The translations under genes were made by a program, and so were the position numbers. Shown here in pieces: positions 38,330 to 51,743 of a DNA stretch of 64,000 nucleotides. The stretch lies in NCBI GenBank assembly GCA_964016885.1, contig OZ024745.1, forward strand, positions 12,586,001 to 12,650,000, in the 5' to 3' direction. This DNA comes from Eledone cirrhosa. Taxonomy: Eukaryota. Within the stretch, counting starts at the first letter, position 1, and every line of letters begins with the position of its first letter. Under the pieces are notes generated by a model that was not told the origin of the DNA, did not search any database, and worked only from the letters and a program-made list of their open reading frames with translations.

Positions 38330-39900
38330 TGGTGCAGAAGCTTAGATCAGTGGTGCAGAAGCTGAGATCAAATGTGTGATGGCTGAGATCAGTGGTACAG
38401 AAACTGAGATCAAATATGTGATGGTTGAGATCAGTGGTACAGAAATTAAGATCAAATGTGTGATGGTTGAGATCAGTGGTACAGAAACTAAGATCAGATG
38501 TGTGATGGTTGAGATCAGTGGTACAGAAACTGAGATCAGATGTGTGATGGCTGAGATCAGTGGTACAGAAACTGAGATCAAATGTGTGATGGCTGAGATC
38601 AGTGGTACAGAAACTAAGATCAGATGTGTGATCGCTGAGATCAGTGGTGCAGAAACTGAGATCAAATGTGTGATGGCTGAGATCAGTGGTACAGAAACTA
38701 AGATCAGATGTGTGATGGCTGAGATCAGTGGTACAGAAACTAAGATCAGATGTGTGATGGTTGAGATCAGTGGTACAGAAACTGAGATCAGATGTGTGAT
38801 GGCTGAGATCAGTGGTACAGAAACTGAGATCAGATGTGTGATGGCTGAGATCAGTGGTACAGAAACTGAGATCAGATGTGTGATGGCTGAGATCAGTGGT
38901 ACAGAAACTAAGATCAGATGTGTGATGGTTGAGATCAGTGGTACAAAAACTGAGATCAGATGTGTGATGGCTGAGATCAGTGGTACAGAAACTAAGATCA
39001 AATGTGTGATGGTTGAGATCAGTGGTACAGAAACTGAGATCAGATGTGTGATGGCTGAGATCATTGGTACAGAAACTGAGATCAAATGTGTGATGGCTGA
39101 GATCAGTGGTACAGAAACTAAGATCAGATGTGTGATCGCTGACATCAGTGGTGCAGAAACTGAGATCAAATGTGTGATGGCTGAGATCATTGGTACAGAA
39201 ACTAAGATCAGATGTGTGATGGTTGAGATCAGTGGTACAAAAACTGAGATTAGATGTGTGATGGCTGAGATCAGTGGTACAGAAACTAAGATCAGATGTG
39301 TGATGGCTGAGATCAGTGGTACAAAAACTGAGATCAAATGTGTGATGGCTGAGATCAGTGGTACAAAAACTGAGATCAAATGTGTGATGGCTGAGATCAG
39401 TGGTACAAAAACTGAGATCAAATGTGTGATGGCTGAGATCAGTGGTACAGAAACTGAGATCAAATGTGTGATGGCTGAGATCAGTGGTACAGAAACTAAG
39501 ATCAAATGTGTGATGGCTGAGATCAGTGGTACAGAAACTGAGATCAAATGTGTGATCGCTGAGATCAGTAGTGCAGAAGCTGAGATCAGATGTGTGATGG
39601 CTGAGATCAGTGGTACAGAAACTGAGATCAAATGTGTGATGGCTGAGATCAGTGGTTCAGAAACTGAGATCAAATGTGTGATGGTTGAGATCAGTGGTAC
39701 AGAAACTGAGATCAAATGTGTGATGGCTGAGATCAGTGGTACAGAAACTGAGATCAAATGTGTGATCGCTGAGATCAGTGGTACAGAAACTGAGATCAAA
39801 TGTGTGATCACTGAGATCAGTGGTACAGAAACTGAGATCAAATGTGTGATGGTTGAGATCAGTGGTACAGAAGCTGAGATCAGATCTGTGATGGTTGAAA
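38330..39900 (+). repeat. 42-bp minisatellite (two 21-bp halves), about 37 copies
   Basis: GAGATCAGTGGTACAGAAACT-GAGATCAAATGTGTGATGGCT. Accounts for the 524-aa and 499-aa ORFs on the two strands. Confidence 0.95.
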
Positions 39901-39989
39901 TAAGATATGTAGAGCCTAAAGAGGAATTACAAGGGCTGCAAATTTACTAATAATTTATACTATTTCTATCAATAAATATTACCGTTCAG

Positions 39990-40142
39990 AAAATTCCGGT
40001 TTAAAGAAAGTGCGACTGCTTTCATTAAAACAAATTCATGAAGCGAAGAAAAAAATAAAGAACTATATTAGAGTGACACCTCTGGAATACTCTCCATTCT
40101 TGTCTAAAATGGCAGAAGGTTCTCATGTATATATAAAATGTG
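39990..40142 (+). CDS. PLP-dependent threonine/serine dehydratase (serine-racemase family), first visible coding exon
   Basis: ttcag|..LLSLKQIHEAKKKIKNYIRVTPLEYSPFLSKMAEGSHVYIKC(E)|gtaagt. Phase 1 matches the next exon. The start-codon exon was not located. Confidence 0.9.
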
Positions 40143-41139
40143 GTAAGTATTTTAGGAGTTGACCTGCTACTATATTTCTTAATCTAATTTAATTTTTATT
40201 GCTTCATGTATCAAGGAAAGAGTGGCACCATTTTATTCAAAACAAATGTACCAGTTATTATACAAAAATTGTTTTTGGCAAATTTTATATATTAGGAGAT
40301 GAGGGAGAGGGGTACCATAATCTTTTAAGTGCTAAGGGCCTCAAAAAAACATAACCCAGCCCTGGTAAACCCCTTTACTCCACACAATTGGCAAGTAAAT
40401 TGACCATTGATACAGAGAACTCTCACTTCATATTAACAATTTACTAGCATTATCTTACTGCATACCTTGATTCCAAGCCTTAAACATTATCACCTGACCA
40501 GACCAATAAGAAAGAATCATTTGATGTCTGCTGTATTCCACCTAATCAAATAAATCCATTTATCTTTTTGTTGCCTGAAGGATCACACAGAAATAATAAA
40601 ATGAATCAACAGTTTTTGAATGAATAGAGAGATATTGAAGAAGTCTTATTTCAATAGGATCTTTGAAAATTTAAACTATTAAACTAATTATCAGTTATTG
40701 CTGTGTGTAATTCAGTTTTTAGAATAAATACACCACATCTCTGCTGTGTGGGGTAAGAGGCAACTAAAAGGGTTGGTGTCGTCTGGCTGTAAAACATTGT
40801 CTCAAAACATTCTGTCCAACCCATACCAACTTCTTGTCCTCCTCCTTCTTCTCCTTCTTTTTGGCTTTTCCTGTAAAATCAGTCCAGAAATATTCTAACC
40901 ACATGTTCGTAGTACCAGAGCTGTGATCTTTCAATAAAAATAAAGTAGTGACTCTCTGATCTGCGAGTTACGTACTCTGTTGAGTAACATTACTCCAAAG
41001 ACCCTTCAAAGGAACCCCATTCCAGCCACTTGTATTCTTTCAGTCATTACAATTAACATTCAGTAATCAACATATTGTTTAAACATTTCTTCAGTTGATC
41101 AAATCATATATAAATACTTGACTTTGATTTCTCTTTTAG

Positions 41140-41273
41140 AAAATTTGCAGTGTACAGGGTCTTTCAAAGTACGCGGTGCCTTTAACAAACTATACTTGCC
41201 TAAAGAATCCATTCCAGATATTTACAGTAAAGGAGTTGTGACAGCATCTACTGGTAATCATGCTTTGGCCTGT
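41140..41273 (+). CDS. Same gene, exon with the PLP-binding lysine
   Basis: tttag|(E)[44 protein letters not shown]|gtaagt. Confidence 0.93.
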
Positions 41274-42193
41274 GTAAGTAGTTTAAATATCAAAACTTGC
41301 TTTCTTAGTCACATTAGATCCAACAAGAACTGCATGTATTATGATATATATTAACATGGAATCACACTAGATATATCTAGATTGAGAGAATTAAAAGCAT
41401 ATCTATCATCATCATCTTCATCGTTTTTACATCTGCTTCTCCATGCTAGCATGGGTTGGACGGGTCCTTCTCAGCATGGCATCTCTCCACTTGTTTGTGA
41501 CACAAGTGACTGTGTCTTACTTATAGAGAACAGTTTCTGGCTTGGTTTTTACAGCTGGATGTCCTTACTAACAACAACCACATTTACAGTGTGGGCTGAG
41601 TGCTTTTGGTTGGGACACCTACTCGACAACTTTACAGTGTTTTACATTAACAAAAAAAAAATATATATATATATATAGTTAGGGAAGCAGAAAATTGCTT
41701 TTTGTGATCCAGTTCGGGGTTAAGAAACCCAGTTTCATGGATGGTTTCAACGTACGGTTAGAGGTAACTCCACAAGTTTGTAAGAATTCTGTTCAATCTT
41801 GGAGTATAAAGTATAAAAGAGAAAACACAGGTAAGCATTAAGAGAAAGGTGTGGACTGGGTGGACTGGGTGCTTTTCATCATGGCAGCAACACTACCACC
41901 TTACTGGGTGGAGTTGGTGCTTTTCATCATAGCACCATTTCTACCACCTTACCGGGTGGACTGGGTACTTTTCATCATGGCACCATAGATGAAACAGGAT
42001 TCCCAGAATGATGATGTAATTCTAAAGAAGGGGTATGTTTGGTAAAGGTGATGGAAGATGAGACAAGAATCATAAAAGCAGAAGAGGTGAGTATATTGTG
42101 TAAGTTTAGATGGAATTTCAGGTGTAAACGCATTAAGTTTTGTAGCGTAAAGGATGTTGAGATGGTGTATTATTTCTTGGTTATTTATTCAAG

Positions 42194-42308
42194 GCTTGAA
42201 ATATTTGAAGAACTACCTGACGTTGATAATGTTTTTGTACCTGTCGGTGGAGGTGGCCTTATTGCTGGCATCGCTGCATATCTAAAGCAAGTAAACCCAG
42301 ATATAAAA
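42194..42308 (+). CDS. Same gene, exon with the tetraglycine phosphate loop
   Basis: caag|g [38 protein letters not shown]|gtaagg. The 5' boundary is uncertain. Confidence 0.88.
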
Positions 42309-42801
42309 GTAAGGATATATCTTCTTCTTCTTTGCTCACTTGTTCTTGGGAGGGTTATAGGGGCAAAATCTTAAATCAATCCTTCCAGTGGTTCCAGGCA
42401 CATGTGGACAGATTTTACAAGCAAAACAAACCAGCAGGAGACCCAGAGGTAGACCCCGTTCAAGGTGGTTGGATAATATCAATAAGCTCAGCTGGTCTCA
42501 CATGGGGATCCAGTCAGATCTATTGGAGGTGGTTGAAATATAAATCTACTTGTAAAATGAAAAATTAATTTTCTCTACTCACCACAGGTTCTCATACCTC
42601 TAACACTAAAAAGGTCCCCCCACCCCTAGATTAGAAGCTTCCTCTTTAACCCATTTTTACAATCCAAGTCAGCATATTGGCAGAATATTAGAGTAGGAGC
42701 AATATTTCTACTTAAAACTATAAGTGACCAAACAAGATACAAGATATCAAATACATTTGTTATCATGCTTGCTATTTACTATCTTCTATTTTGAAATGTA
42801 G

Positions 42802-42927
42802 GTGATTGGTTGTCAACCACGGTCTTCTAAAGTGACGTATGAGAGTATCAAGGCTGGAACTATAATATTTGAAGAAAGTCAGGAAACACTCTCAGATGCC
42901 ACCTCCGGTGGAATTGAAGAAAACTCA
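42802..42927 (+). CDS. Same gene, exon
   Basis: gtag|VIGCQPRSSKVTYESIKAGTIIFEESQETLSDATSGGIEENS|gtatgt, phase 0/0. Confidence 0.9.
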
Positions 42928-44537
42928 GTATGTACAGTTTATACTCCATTTTTACTATTATAACTCTACTACTGTGCTGCTAATGTTTGATTTGAACACT
43001 TTTTAGTGATGTAGCAGTTATATGGAGCTGCTAATATATAGAGTTACCATCATCATCATCACAATTTGACGTTCATTTTCCACGCTAGATGGGTTAGACA
43101 AGTTATCTTATTTGAGGCAAGTTGAGGTCAGATTACCATTTCTTGCTCAAACAGAACCGATTTTTGCTTGGTTTCTATGGTTGGATGCCCTTCCTAATGC
43201 CAACCACCTTTACAGTGAGTACCGGGTGCTTTTTGTTGTGGCACCTACATGACCACATGTATAAAGAGTAATATAGAGAGAGAGCTGCTAATATATATAG
43301 AGTAATATAGAGAGCTGCTAATATATATATAGAGTAATATATAGAGAGAGCTGCTAATATATATAGAGAGCTGCTAATATATATAGAGGTATATATACAG
43401 AGGTATATATAGAGAGCTGCTAATATATATAGAGGTATATATAGAGAGAGCTGCTAATATATATAGAGTAATATAGAGAGGAATATATAGAGTTATGTAT
43501 GGAGAGTTATATACAGAGCTGCTTAGCAGAAAGTTTAAAAAAACAAAAAAGAAATGCATGTTTGTTGATTCAAATGTTTATAGTGTGTTTACATTTTGAA
43601 AACGTGCAGTGTCAGAGTAAAGACTTTAATGTTTAATGTGGTTCAGACATCGTGTTATTTCCTACTTTACAAGAATAGTTTACCAATTGTATTCTACATG
43701 TATACTGAAATCAATATTATCGCTAAAATTAATGTTTAATAGTCAAATAACTTTTCGTTCAAAATTCAAGGGAGATAACTTTGATCAAGGGAGGCAATTC
43801 TTTAAAATATCAATTATCAATATTCACTCTTCTTGAATTGACCATATTTCTTAAGGAGAACTGGCTTGAGTAGTAGATTTCTTCAAATCAAGGATATTAC
43901 TAATTCACCAACATGAAGGGCTGATGGGTAGATAGCCTTTCACGGTTATACCAGAATTACTAGTACAAAGTATTCATGGTGACTCAGTATTATAATAATT
44001 CCTTCTAACTTTAGCATAAGGACAGCAATTTGGGAAAATGGGAAAGATGATTATACTGACCGCAGTACATAACTGGTACTTTATTTTATTGACCCCGGAA
44101 GAATGAAAGGCATAGTTGACTGTGGCAGGATTTGAACTGAGATACTAAAGAGCCAGAACCAACATTGATATGCTTCTGTCCAAGCCTCTCACAACTCCAT
44201 CGCATTACTCCTTGATTTCTAACTTAAGCGGAAATCCGTAAATATGAGGTCTGTCGATAAAGTATCCAACTTTACTGTGGGAAGTAATGACGTTAGGGAT
44301 AGAAAATAGTGCAGACTGAAGTCACATACATTCATGTGCCTGTCTAGTTTGGGGCAAGTTCTCTGGATGTGGCAGTCACTGTCAGACAGCCAGTGTGTGG
44401 AGTACTGTTCTATGTATATACACGTTACATTTTCATTTCACCTTATACTGCCCAAAAGGATTCTGAGATCCTGGATACCATGGCAACTAGAGTTGAGGTG
44501 TATGGTAGGAGCCATAAACTGAAGCTCAAGTATTACA

Positions 44538-45045
44538 GTGGAAACATCCAACATTGCAAAGTTCAGGTGGAAACATCCATTGCCAAGGCCAGGAAGAAAC
44601 ATACAACACTGCCAAGGTCAGGTGGAAACATCCAACATTGCCAAGGTCAGGTGGAAACATCCATTGCCAAGTTCAGGTGGAAACATCCATTGCCAAGGCC
44701 AGGAAGAAACATACAACACTGCCAAGGTCAGGTGGAAACATCCAACATTGCCAAGGTCAGGTGGAAACATCCAACATTGCCAAGGTCAGGTGGAAACATC
44801 CATTGCCAAGTTCAGGTGGAAACATCCAACATTGCCAAGGTCAGGTGGAAACATCCAACATTGTCAAGGTCAGGTGGAAATATCCAACATTGCCAAGGTC
44901 AGGTGGAAACATCCAACATTGCCAAGGTCAGGTGGAAACATCCAACATTGCCAAGACCAGGTGGAAATATCCAACATTGCCAAGGTCAGGTGGAAACATC
45001 CATTGCCAAGGTCAGGTGGAAATATCCAACACTGCCAAGGTCAGG
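44538..45045 (+). repeat. 29/26-bp intronic minisatellite
   Basis: GGTGGAAACATCC(AAC)ATTGCCAAGGTCA. Open in all three frames, a repeat artefact. Confidence 0.92.
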
Positions 45046-45409
45046 CACAGCAAGTACAGAGCAAAATCAACATGATGCTGTCTTCTTCAATTACTGAGAC
45101 TTTGTACATCCTGAATATTCACCATAAAAACAATTAGAAAGGATTAGTGACGCCAGATGTGTGAACCTGGCAACTACACCTTGACATCAACCCATACATC
45201 GCAACTGATCCAAAGAATCACTTACCAGACACCCTACTCTCCAGACATGGCTTCAACTGACTTACTTGAGGACTAACAAGATATAATAATTGTTTCTACT
45301 TTAGGCACAAGGCCAGCAATTACCCAGTACATTACTGGTACTTTATTTTATCGACCTCGTAAGGATGAAAGGCAAAAAAACAATTAATGAAAGTAAAATA
45401 GCTGTGAAA

Positions 45410-48400
45410 TGCCTCCATACACTTAGCCCAATAATCCTTTATCAAGTTACGTCACTTGTGCCTCCATACACTTAGCCCAGTGATCCTTCATCAAGTTACG
45501 CCCCTTGTGCCTCCATACACTTAGCCCAATAATCCTTTATCAAGTTACGTCACTTGTGCCTCCATACACTTAGCCCAATAATCCTTTATCAAGTTACGCC
45601 ACTTGTGCCTCCATACACTTAGCCCAGTGATCCTTCATCAAGTTACGCCCCTTGTGCCTCCATACATTTAGCCGAGTGATCCTTCATCTAGTTACGCCCC
45701 TTGTACCTCCATACACTTAGCCCAATAATCCTTCTTCAAGTTACGCCCCTTGTGCCTCCATACACGTAGCCCAGTGATCCTTCAGGAAGTTACGCCCCTT
45801 GTGCCGCCATACACTTAGCCCAGTGATCCTTCTTCAAGTTACGCCCATTGTGCCTCCATACACTTAGCCCAGTGATCCTTCTTCAAATTACGCCCCTTTT
45901 GCCTCCATACACTTATCCCAGTGATCCTTCATCAAGTTACGCCCCTTGTGCATCCATACACTTAGCCCAGTGATCCTTCTTCAAGTTACGCCCCTTGTGC
46001 CTCCATACACTTAGCCCAGTGACCCTTTATCAAGTTACGCCCCTTGTGCCTCCATACACTTAGCCCAGTGATCCTTCTTCAAGTTACACCCCTTGTGCCT
46101 CCATACACTTATCCCAGTGATCCTTCATCAAGTTACGCCCCTTGTGCTTCCATACACTTAGCCCAGTGATCCTTCTTCAAGTTACGCCCCTTTTCCCTCC
46201 ATACACTTAGCCCAATAATTCTTCTTCAAGTTACGCACTTTGTGCCTCCATACACTTAGCCGAGTGATCCTTCTTCAAGTTACGCCCCTTGTGCCTCCAT
46301 ACACTTAGCCCAGTGATCCTTCTTTAAGTTACGCCCCTTCTGCCTCCATACACTTAGCCCAGTGATCCTTCTTCAAGTTACGCCCCTTGTGCATCCATAC
46401 ACTTAGCCCAGTGATCCTTCTTTAAGTTACGCCCCTTCTGCCTCCATACACTTAGCCCAGTGATCCTTCTTCAAGTTACGCCCCTTATGCCTCCATACAC
46501 TTAGCCCAGTGATCATTCATCAAGTTACGCCCCTTGTGCCTCCATACACTTAGCCCAATAATCCTTCTTCAAGTTACGAACCTTGTGCCTCAATACACTT
46601 AGCCCAGTGATCCTTCATCAAGTTACGCCCAGTGTGCCTCCATGCACTTAGCCCAGTGAACCTTCTTCAAGTTACGCCCCTTCTGCCTCCATACACTTAG
46701 CCCAGTGATCCTTCATGAAGTTACGCCCAGTGTGCCTCCATGCACTTAGCCCAGTGATCCTTCTTCAAGTTACGCCCCTTCTGCCTCCATACACTTAGCC
46801 CAGTGATCCTTCTTCAAGCTACGCCTCTTGTGCCTCCATACACTTAGCCCAATAATCCTTCTTCAAGTTACGAACCTTGTGCCTCAATACACTTAGCCGA
46901 GTGATCCTTCATCAAGTTACGCCCCTTGTGCCTCCATACACTTATCCCAGTGATCCTTCTTCAAGTTACGCGCCTTGTGCATCCATACACTTAGCCCAGT
47001 GATCATTCATCAAGTTACGTCCCTTGTGCCGCCATACACTTAGCCCAGTGATCCTTCTTCAAGTTACACCCCTTGTGCCTCCATACACTTAGCCCAGTGA
47101 TCCTTCATCAAGTTACGCCTAGTGTGCCTCCATGCACTTAGCCCAGTGATCCTTCTTCAAGTTACGCCCCTTCTGCCGCCATACACTTAGCCCAGTGATC
47201 CTTCATCAAGTTACGCCCCTTGTCCCTCCATACACTTAGCCCAGTGATCCTTCTTCAAGTTACGCCCCTTGTGCCTCCATACACTTAGCCGAGTGATCCT
47301 TCATCAAGTTACGCCCCTTGTGCCTCCATACACTTATTCCAGTGATCCTTCTTCAAGTTACGCCCCTTGTGCCTCCATACACTTAGCCCAGTGATCCTTC
47401 TTCAAGTTACGCCCCTTGTGCCTCCATACACTTAGCCCAATAATCCTTCTTCAAGTTACGCCCCTTGTGCCTCCATACACTTAGCCCAATAATCCTTCTT
47501 CAAGTTACGCCCCTTGTGCCTCCATACACTTAGCCCAGTGATCCTTTATCAAGTTACGCCCCTTGTGCCTCCATACACTTAGCACAATAATCCTTCTTCA
47601 AGTTACGCCCCTTGTGCCTCCATACACATAGCCCAGTGATCCTTCTTCAAGTTAGGCTCGTTGTGCCTCCATACACTTAGCCCAATAATCTTTTATCAAG
47701 TTACGCCCCTTGTGCCTCCATACACTTAGCCCAGTGATCCTGCTTCAAGTTACGCCCCTTGTGCCTCCATAGACTTAGCCCAGTGATCCTTCTTCAAGTT
47801 ACGCCCCTTGTGCCTCCATCCATTTAGCCCAATAATCTTTTATCAAGTTACGCCCCTTGTGCCTCCATACACTTAGCCCAGTGATCCTTCTTCAAGTTAC
47901 GCGCCTTGTGCCTCCATACACTTAGCACAATAATCCTTCTTCAAGTTAGGCTCGTTGTGCCTTCATACACTTAGCCCAATAATCCTTTTTCAAGTTACGC
48001 CCCTTGTGCCTCCATACATTTAGCCCAGTGATCCTGTTTCAAGTTACGCCCCTTGTGCCTCCATACACTTAGCCCAGTGATCCTTCATCAAGTTACGCCC
48101 CTTGTGCCTCCATACACTTAGCCCAGTGATCCTTCATCAAGTTACGCCCCTTGTGCCTCCATACACTTATCCCAGTGATCCTTCATCAAGTTACGCCCCT
48201 TGTGCCTCCATACACTGAGGCACAAAAGTCGTAACTTGAAGAAGGATCACTGGGCTAGGTGTATGGAGGCACAAGGGGCGTAACTTGAAGAAGGATCACT
48301 GGGCTAAGTGTATGGAGGCACAAGGGGCGTAACATGATGAAGGATCACTGGGCTAAGTGTATGGAGGCACAAGGGGCGTAACATGAAGAAGGATCACTGG

Positions 48401-51400
48401 GCCAAGTGTATGGAGGCACATGGTGCGTAACTTGATGAAGGATCACTGGGCTAAGTGTATGGAGGCACAAGGGGCGTAACTTGATGAAGGATCACTGGGC
48501 TAAGTGTATGGGGGCACAAGGGGCGTAACTTGAAGAAGGATCACTGGGATAAGTGTATGGAGGCACAAGGGGCGTAACTTGATGAAGGATCACTCGGCTA
48601 AGTGTATGGAAGCACAAGGGGCGTAACTTGAAGAAGGATCACTGGGCTAAGTGTATGGAGGCACAAGGTGCGTAACTTGAAGAAGAATTATTGGGCTAAG
48701 TGTATGGAGGCAAAAGGGGCGTAACTTGAAGAAGGATCACTGGGCTAAGTGTATGGAGGCACAAGGTTCGTAACTTGAAGAAGAATTATTGGGCTAAGTG
48801 TATGGAGGCACAAAGGGCGTAACTTGAAGAAGGATTATTGGGCTAAGTGTATGGAAGCACAAGGGGCGTAACTTGATGAAGGATCACTGGGATAAGTGTA
48901 TGGAAGCACAAGGGGCGTAACTTGAAGAAGGATCACTGGGCTAAATGTATGGAGGCACAAGGGGCGTAACTTGATAAAGGGTTATTGGGCTAAGTGTATG
49001 GAGGCACACTGGGCGTAACTTGATGAAGGATCACTGGGCTAAGTGTATGGAGGCACAAGGGGCGTAACTTGAAGAAGGATCACTGGGCTAATTGTATGGA
49101 GGCACAAGGGGCGTAACTTGATAAAGGGTTATTGTACTAAGTGTATGGAGGCACAAGGGGCGTAACTTGATGAAGGATCACTGGGCTAAGTGTATGGAGG
49201 CACAAGGGGCGTAACTTGAAGAAGGATCACTGGGCTAAGTGTATGGACCCACAAGGGGCTTAACTTGAAGGAGGATCACTCGGCTAAGTGTATGAGGCAC
49301 AAGGGGCGTAACTTGAAGAAGGATCACTGGGCTAAGTGTATGGAGGCACAAGGGGCGTAACTTGATTAAGGGTAATTGGGCTAAGTGTATGGAGGCACAA
49401 AGGGCGTAACTTGATAAAGGGTTATTGGGCTAAGTGTATAGAGGCACAAGGAGCTTAACTTGAAAAGGATCACTGGGCTAAGTGTATGGAGGCACAAGGG
49501 GCGTAACTTGAAGAAGGATCACTGGGCTATGTGCATGGAGGCACAAGGGGCGTAACTTGAAAAGGATCACTGGGCTAAGTGTATGGAGGCACACTGGGCG
49601 TAACTTGATGAAGGATCACTGGGCTAAGTGTATGGACCCACAAGCGGCGTAACTTGAAGAAGGATCACTGGGCTAAGTGTATGGAGGCACAAGGGCCGTA
49701 ACTTGAAGAAGGATCACTGGGCTAAATGTATGGAGCACAAGGGGCGTAACTTGAAGAAGGATCACTGGGCTAAGTGTATGGAGGCACAAGGGGCGTAACT
49801 TGATGAAGGATTATTGGGCTAAGTGTATGGAGGCACAAGGGGCGTAACTTGATGAAGGATTATTGGGCTGAGTGTATGGAGGCACAAGGGGCGTAACTTG
49901 ATAAATGATCACTGGGCTAAGTGTATGGAGTCACGAGGGGCGTAACTTGATAAAGGATCACTGGGCTAAGTGTATGGAGGCACAAGGGGCGTAACTTGAT
50001 GAAGGATTATTGGGCTAAGTGTATGGAGCCAAACGGGGCGTAACTTGAAGAAGGATCACTGGGCTAAGTGTATGGAGGCACAAGGGGCGTAACTTGATGA
50101 AGGATTATTGGGCTAAGTGTATGGAGGCACAAGGGGCGTAACTTGAAGAAGGATCACTGGGCTAAGTGTATGGAGGCACAAGGGGCGTAACTTGAAGAAG
50201 GATCACTGGGCTAAGTGTATGGAGGCACAAGGGGCGTAACTTGATAAAGGATTATTGTGCTGAGTGTATGGAGGCACAAGGGGCGTAACTTGATGAAGGA
50301 TTATTGGGCTAAGTGTATGGAGGCACAAGGGGCGTAACTTGAAGAAGGATCACTGGGCTAAGTGTATGGAGTCACGAGGGGCGTAACTTGATAAAGGATC
50401 ACTGGGCTAAGTGTATGGAGGCACAAGGGGCGTAACTTGATGAAGGATTATTGGGCTAAGTGTATGGTGCCAAACGGGGCGTAACTTGAAGAAGGATCAC
50501 TGGGCTAAGTGTATGGAGGCACAAGGGGCGTAACTTGATGAAGGATTATTGGGCTAAGTGTATGGAGGCACAAGGGGCGTAACTTGAAGAAGGATCACTG
50601 GGCTAAGTGTATGGAGGCACAAGGGGCGTAACTTGAAGAAGGATTATTGGGCTAGGTGTATGGAGGCAAAAGGGGCGTAACTTGATGAAGGATCACTGGG
50701 CTAAGTGTATGGAGGCACAAGGGGCGTAACTTGATGAAGGATTATTGGGCTAAGTGTATGGAGGCACAAGGGGCGTAACTTGAAGAAGGATCACTGGGCT
50801 AAGTGTATGGAGGCACAAGGGGCGTAACTTGAAGAAGGATTATTGGGCTAAGTGTATGGAGGCACAAGGGGCGTAACCTGATGAAGTATCACTGGGCTAA
50901 GTGTATGGAGGCACAAGGTGCGTAACTTGAAGAAGGATTATTGGGCTAAGCGTATGGAGGCACAAGGGGCGTAACTTGAAGAATGATTATTGGGCTAAGT
51001 GTATGGAGGCACAAGGGGCGTAACTTGAAGAAGGATCACTGGGCTAAGTGTATGGAGGCACAAGGGGCGTAACTTGATGAAGGATCACTGGGCTAAGTGT
51101 ATGGAGGCACAAGGGGCGTAACTTGAAGAAGGATCACTGGGCTAAGTGTATGGAGGCACAAGGGGCGTAACTTGAAGAAGGATCACTGGGCTAAGTGTAT
51201 GGAGGCACAAGGGGCGTAACTTGAAGAAGGATCACTGGGCTAAGTGTATGGAGGCACAAGGGTCGTAACTTGAAGAAGGATCACTGGGCTAAGTGTATGG
51301 AGGCACAAGGGGCGTAACTTGATGAAGGATCACTGGGCTAAGTGTATGGAGGCACAAGGGGCGTAACTTGAAGAAGGATCACTAGGCTAAGTGTATGGAG

Positions 51401-51743
51401 GCACAAGGGGCGTAACTTGAAGAAGGATCACTGGGCTAAGTGTATGGAGGCACAAGAGTCGTAACTTGAAGAAGGATCACTGGGCTAAGTGTATGGAGGC
51501 ACAAGGGGCGTAACTTGAAGGAATACTGGGCTAAGTGTATGGAGGCACAAGGGGCGTAACTTGAAGAAGGATCACTGGGCTAAGTGTATGGAGGCACAAG
51601 GGGCGTAACTTGATGAAGGATCACTGGGCTAAGTGTATGGAGGCACAAGGGGCGTAACTTGAAGAAGGATCACTGGGCTAAGTGTATGGAGGCACAAGAG
51701 GCGTAACTTGAAGAATGATTATTGGGCTAAGTGTATGGAGGCA
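45410..51743. repeat. 49-bp intronic satellite with a strand switch at 48216/48217 (giant inverted repeat)
   Basis: TGCCTCCATACACTTAGCCCAGTGATCCTTCTTCAAGTTACGCCCCTTG, about 57 units, followed by about 72 units of its reverse complement. Confidence 0.96.

Noticed and set aside
41713-41830. Open AG..GTAAG segment as the missing dehydratase exon
   Set aside because: The peptide FGVKKPSFMDG.. has no resemblance to the family, and its 0/1 phase does not fit the next exon.
45410-51743. CRISPR-like regular array (also 23680-25487 and 25955-26492)
   Set aside because: No unique spacers, no cas genes, eukaryotic intronic context.
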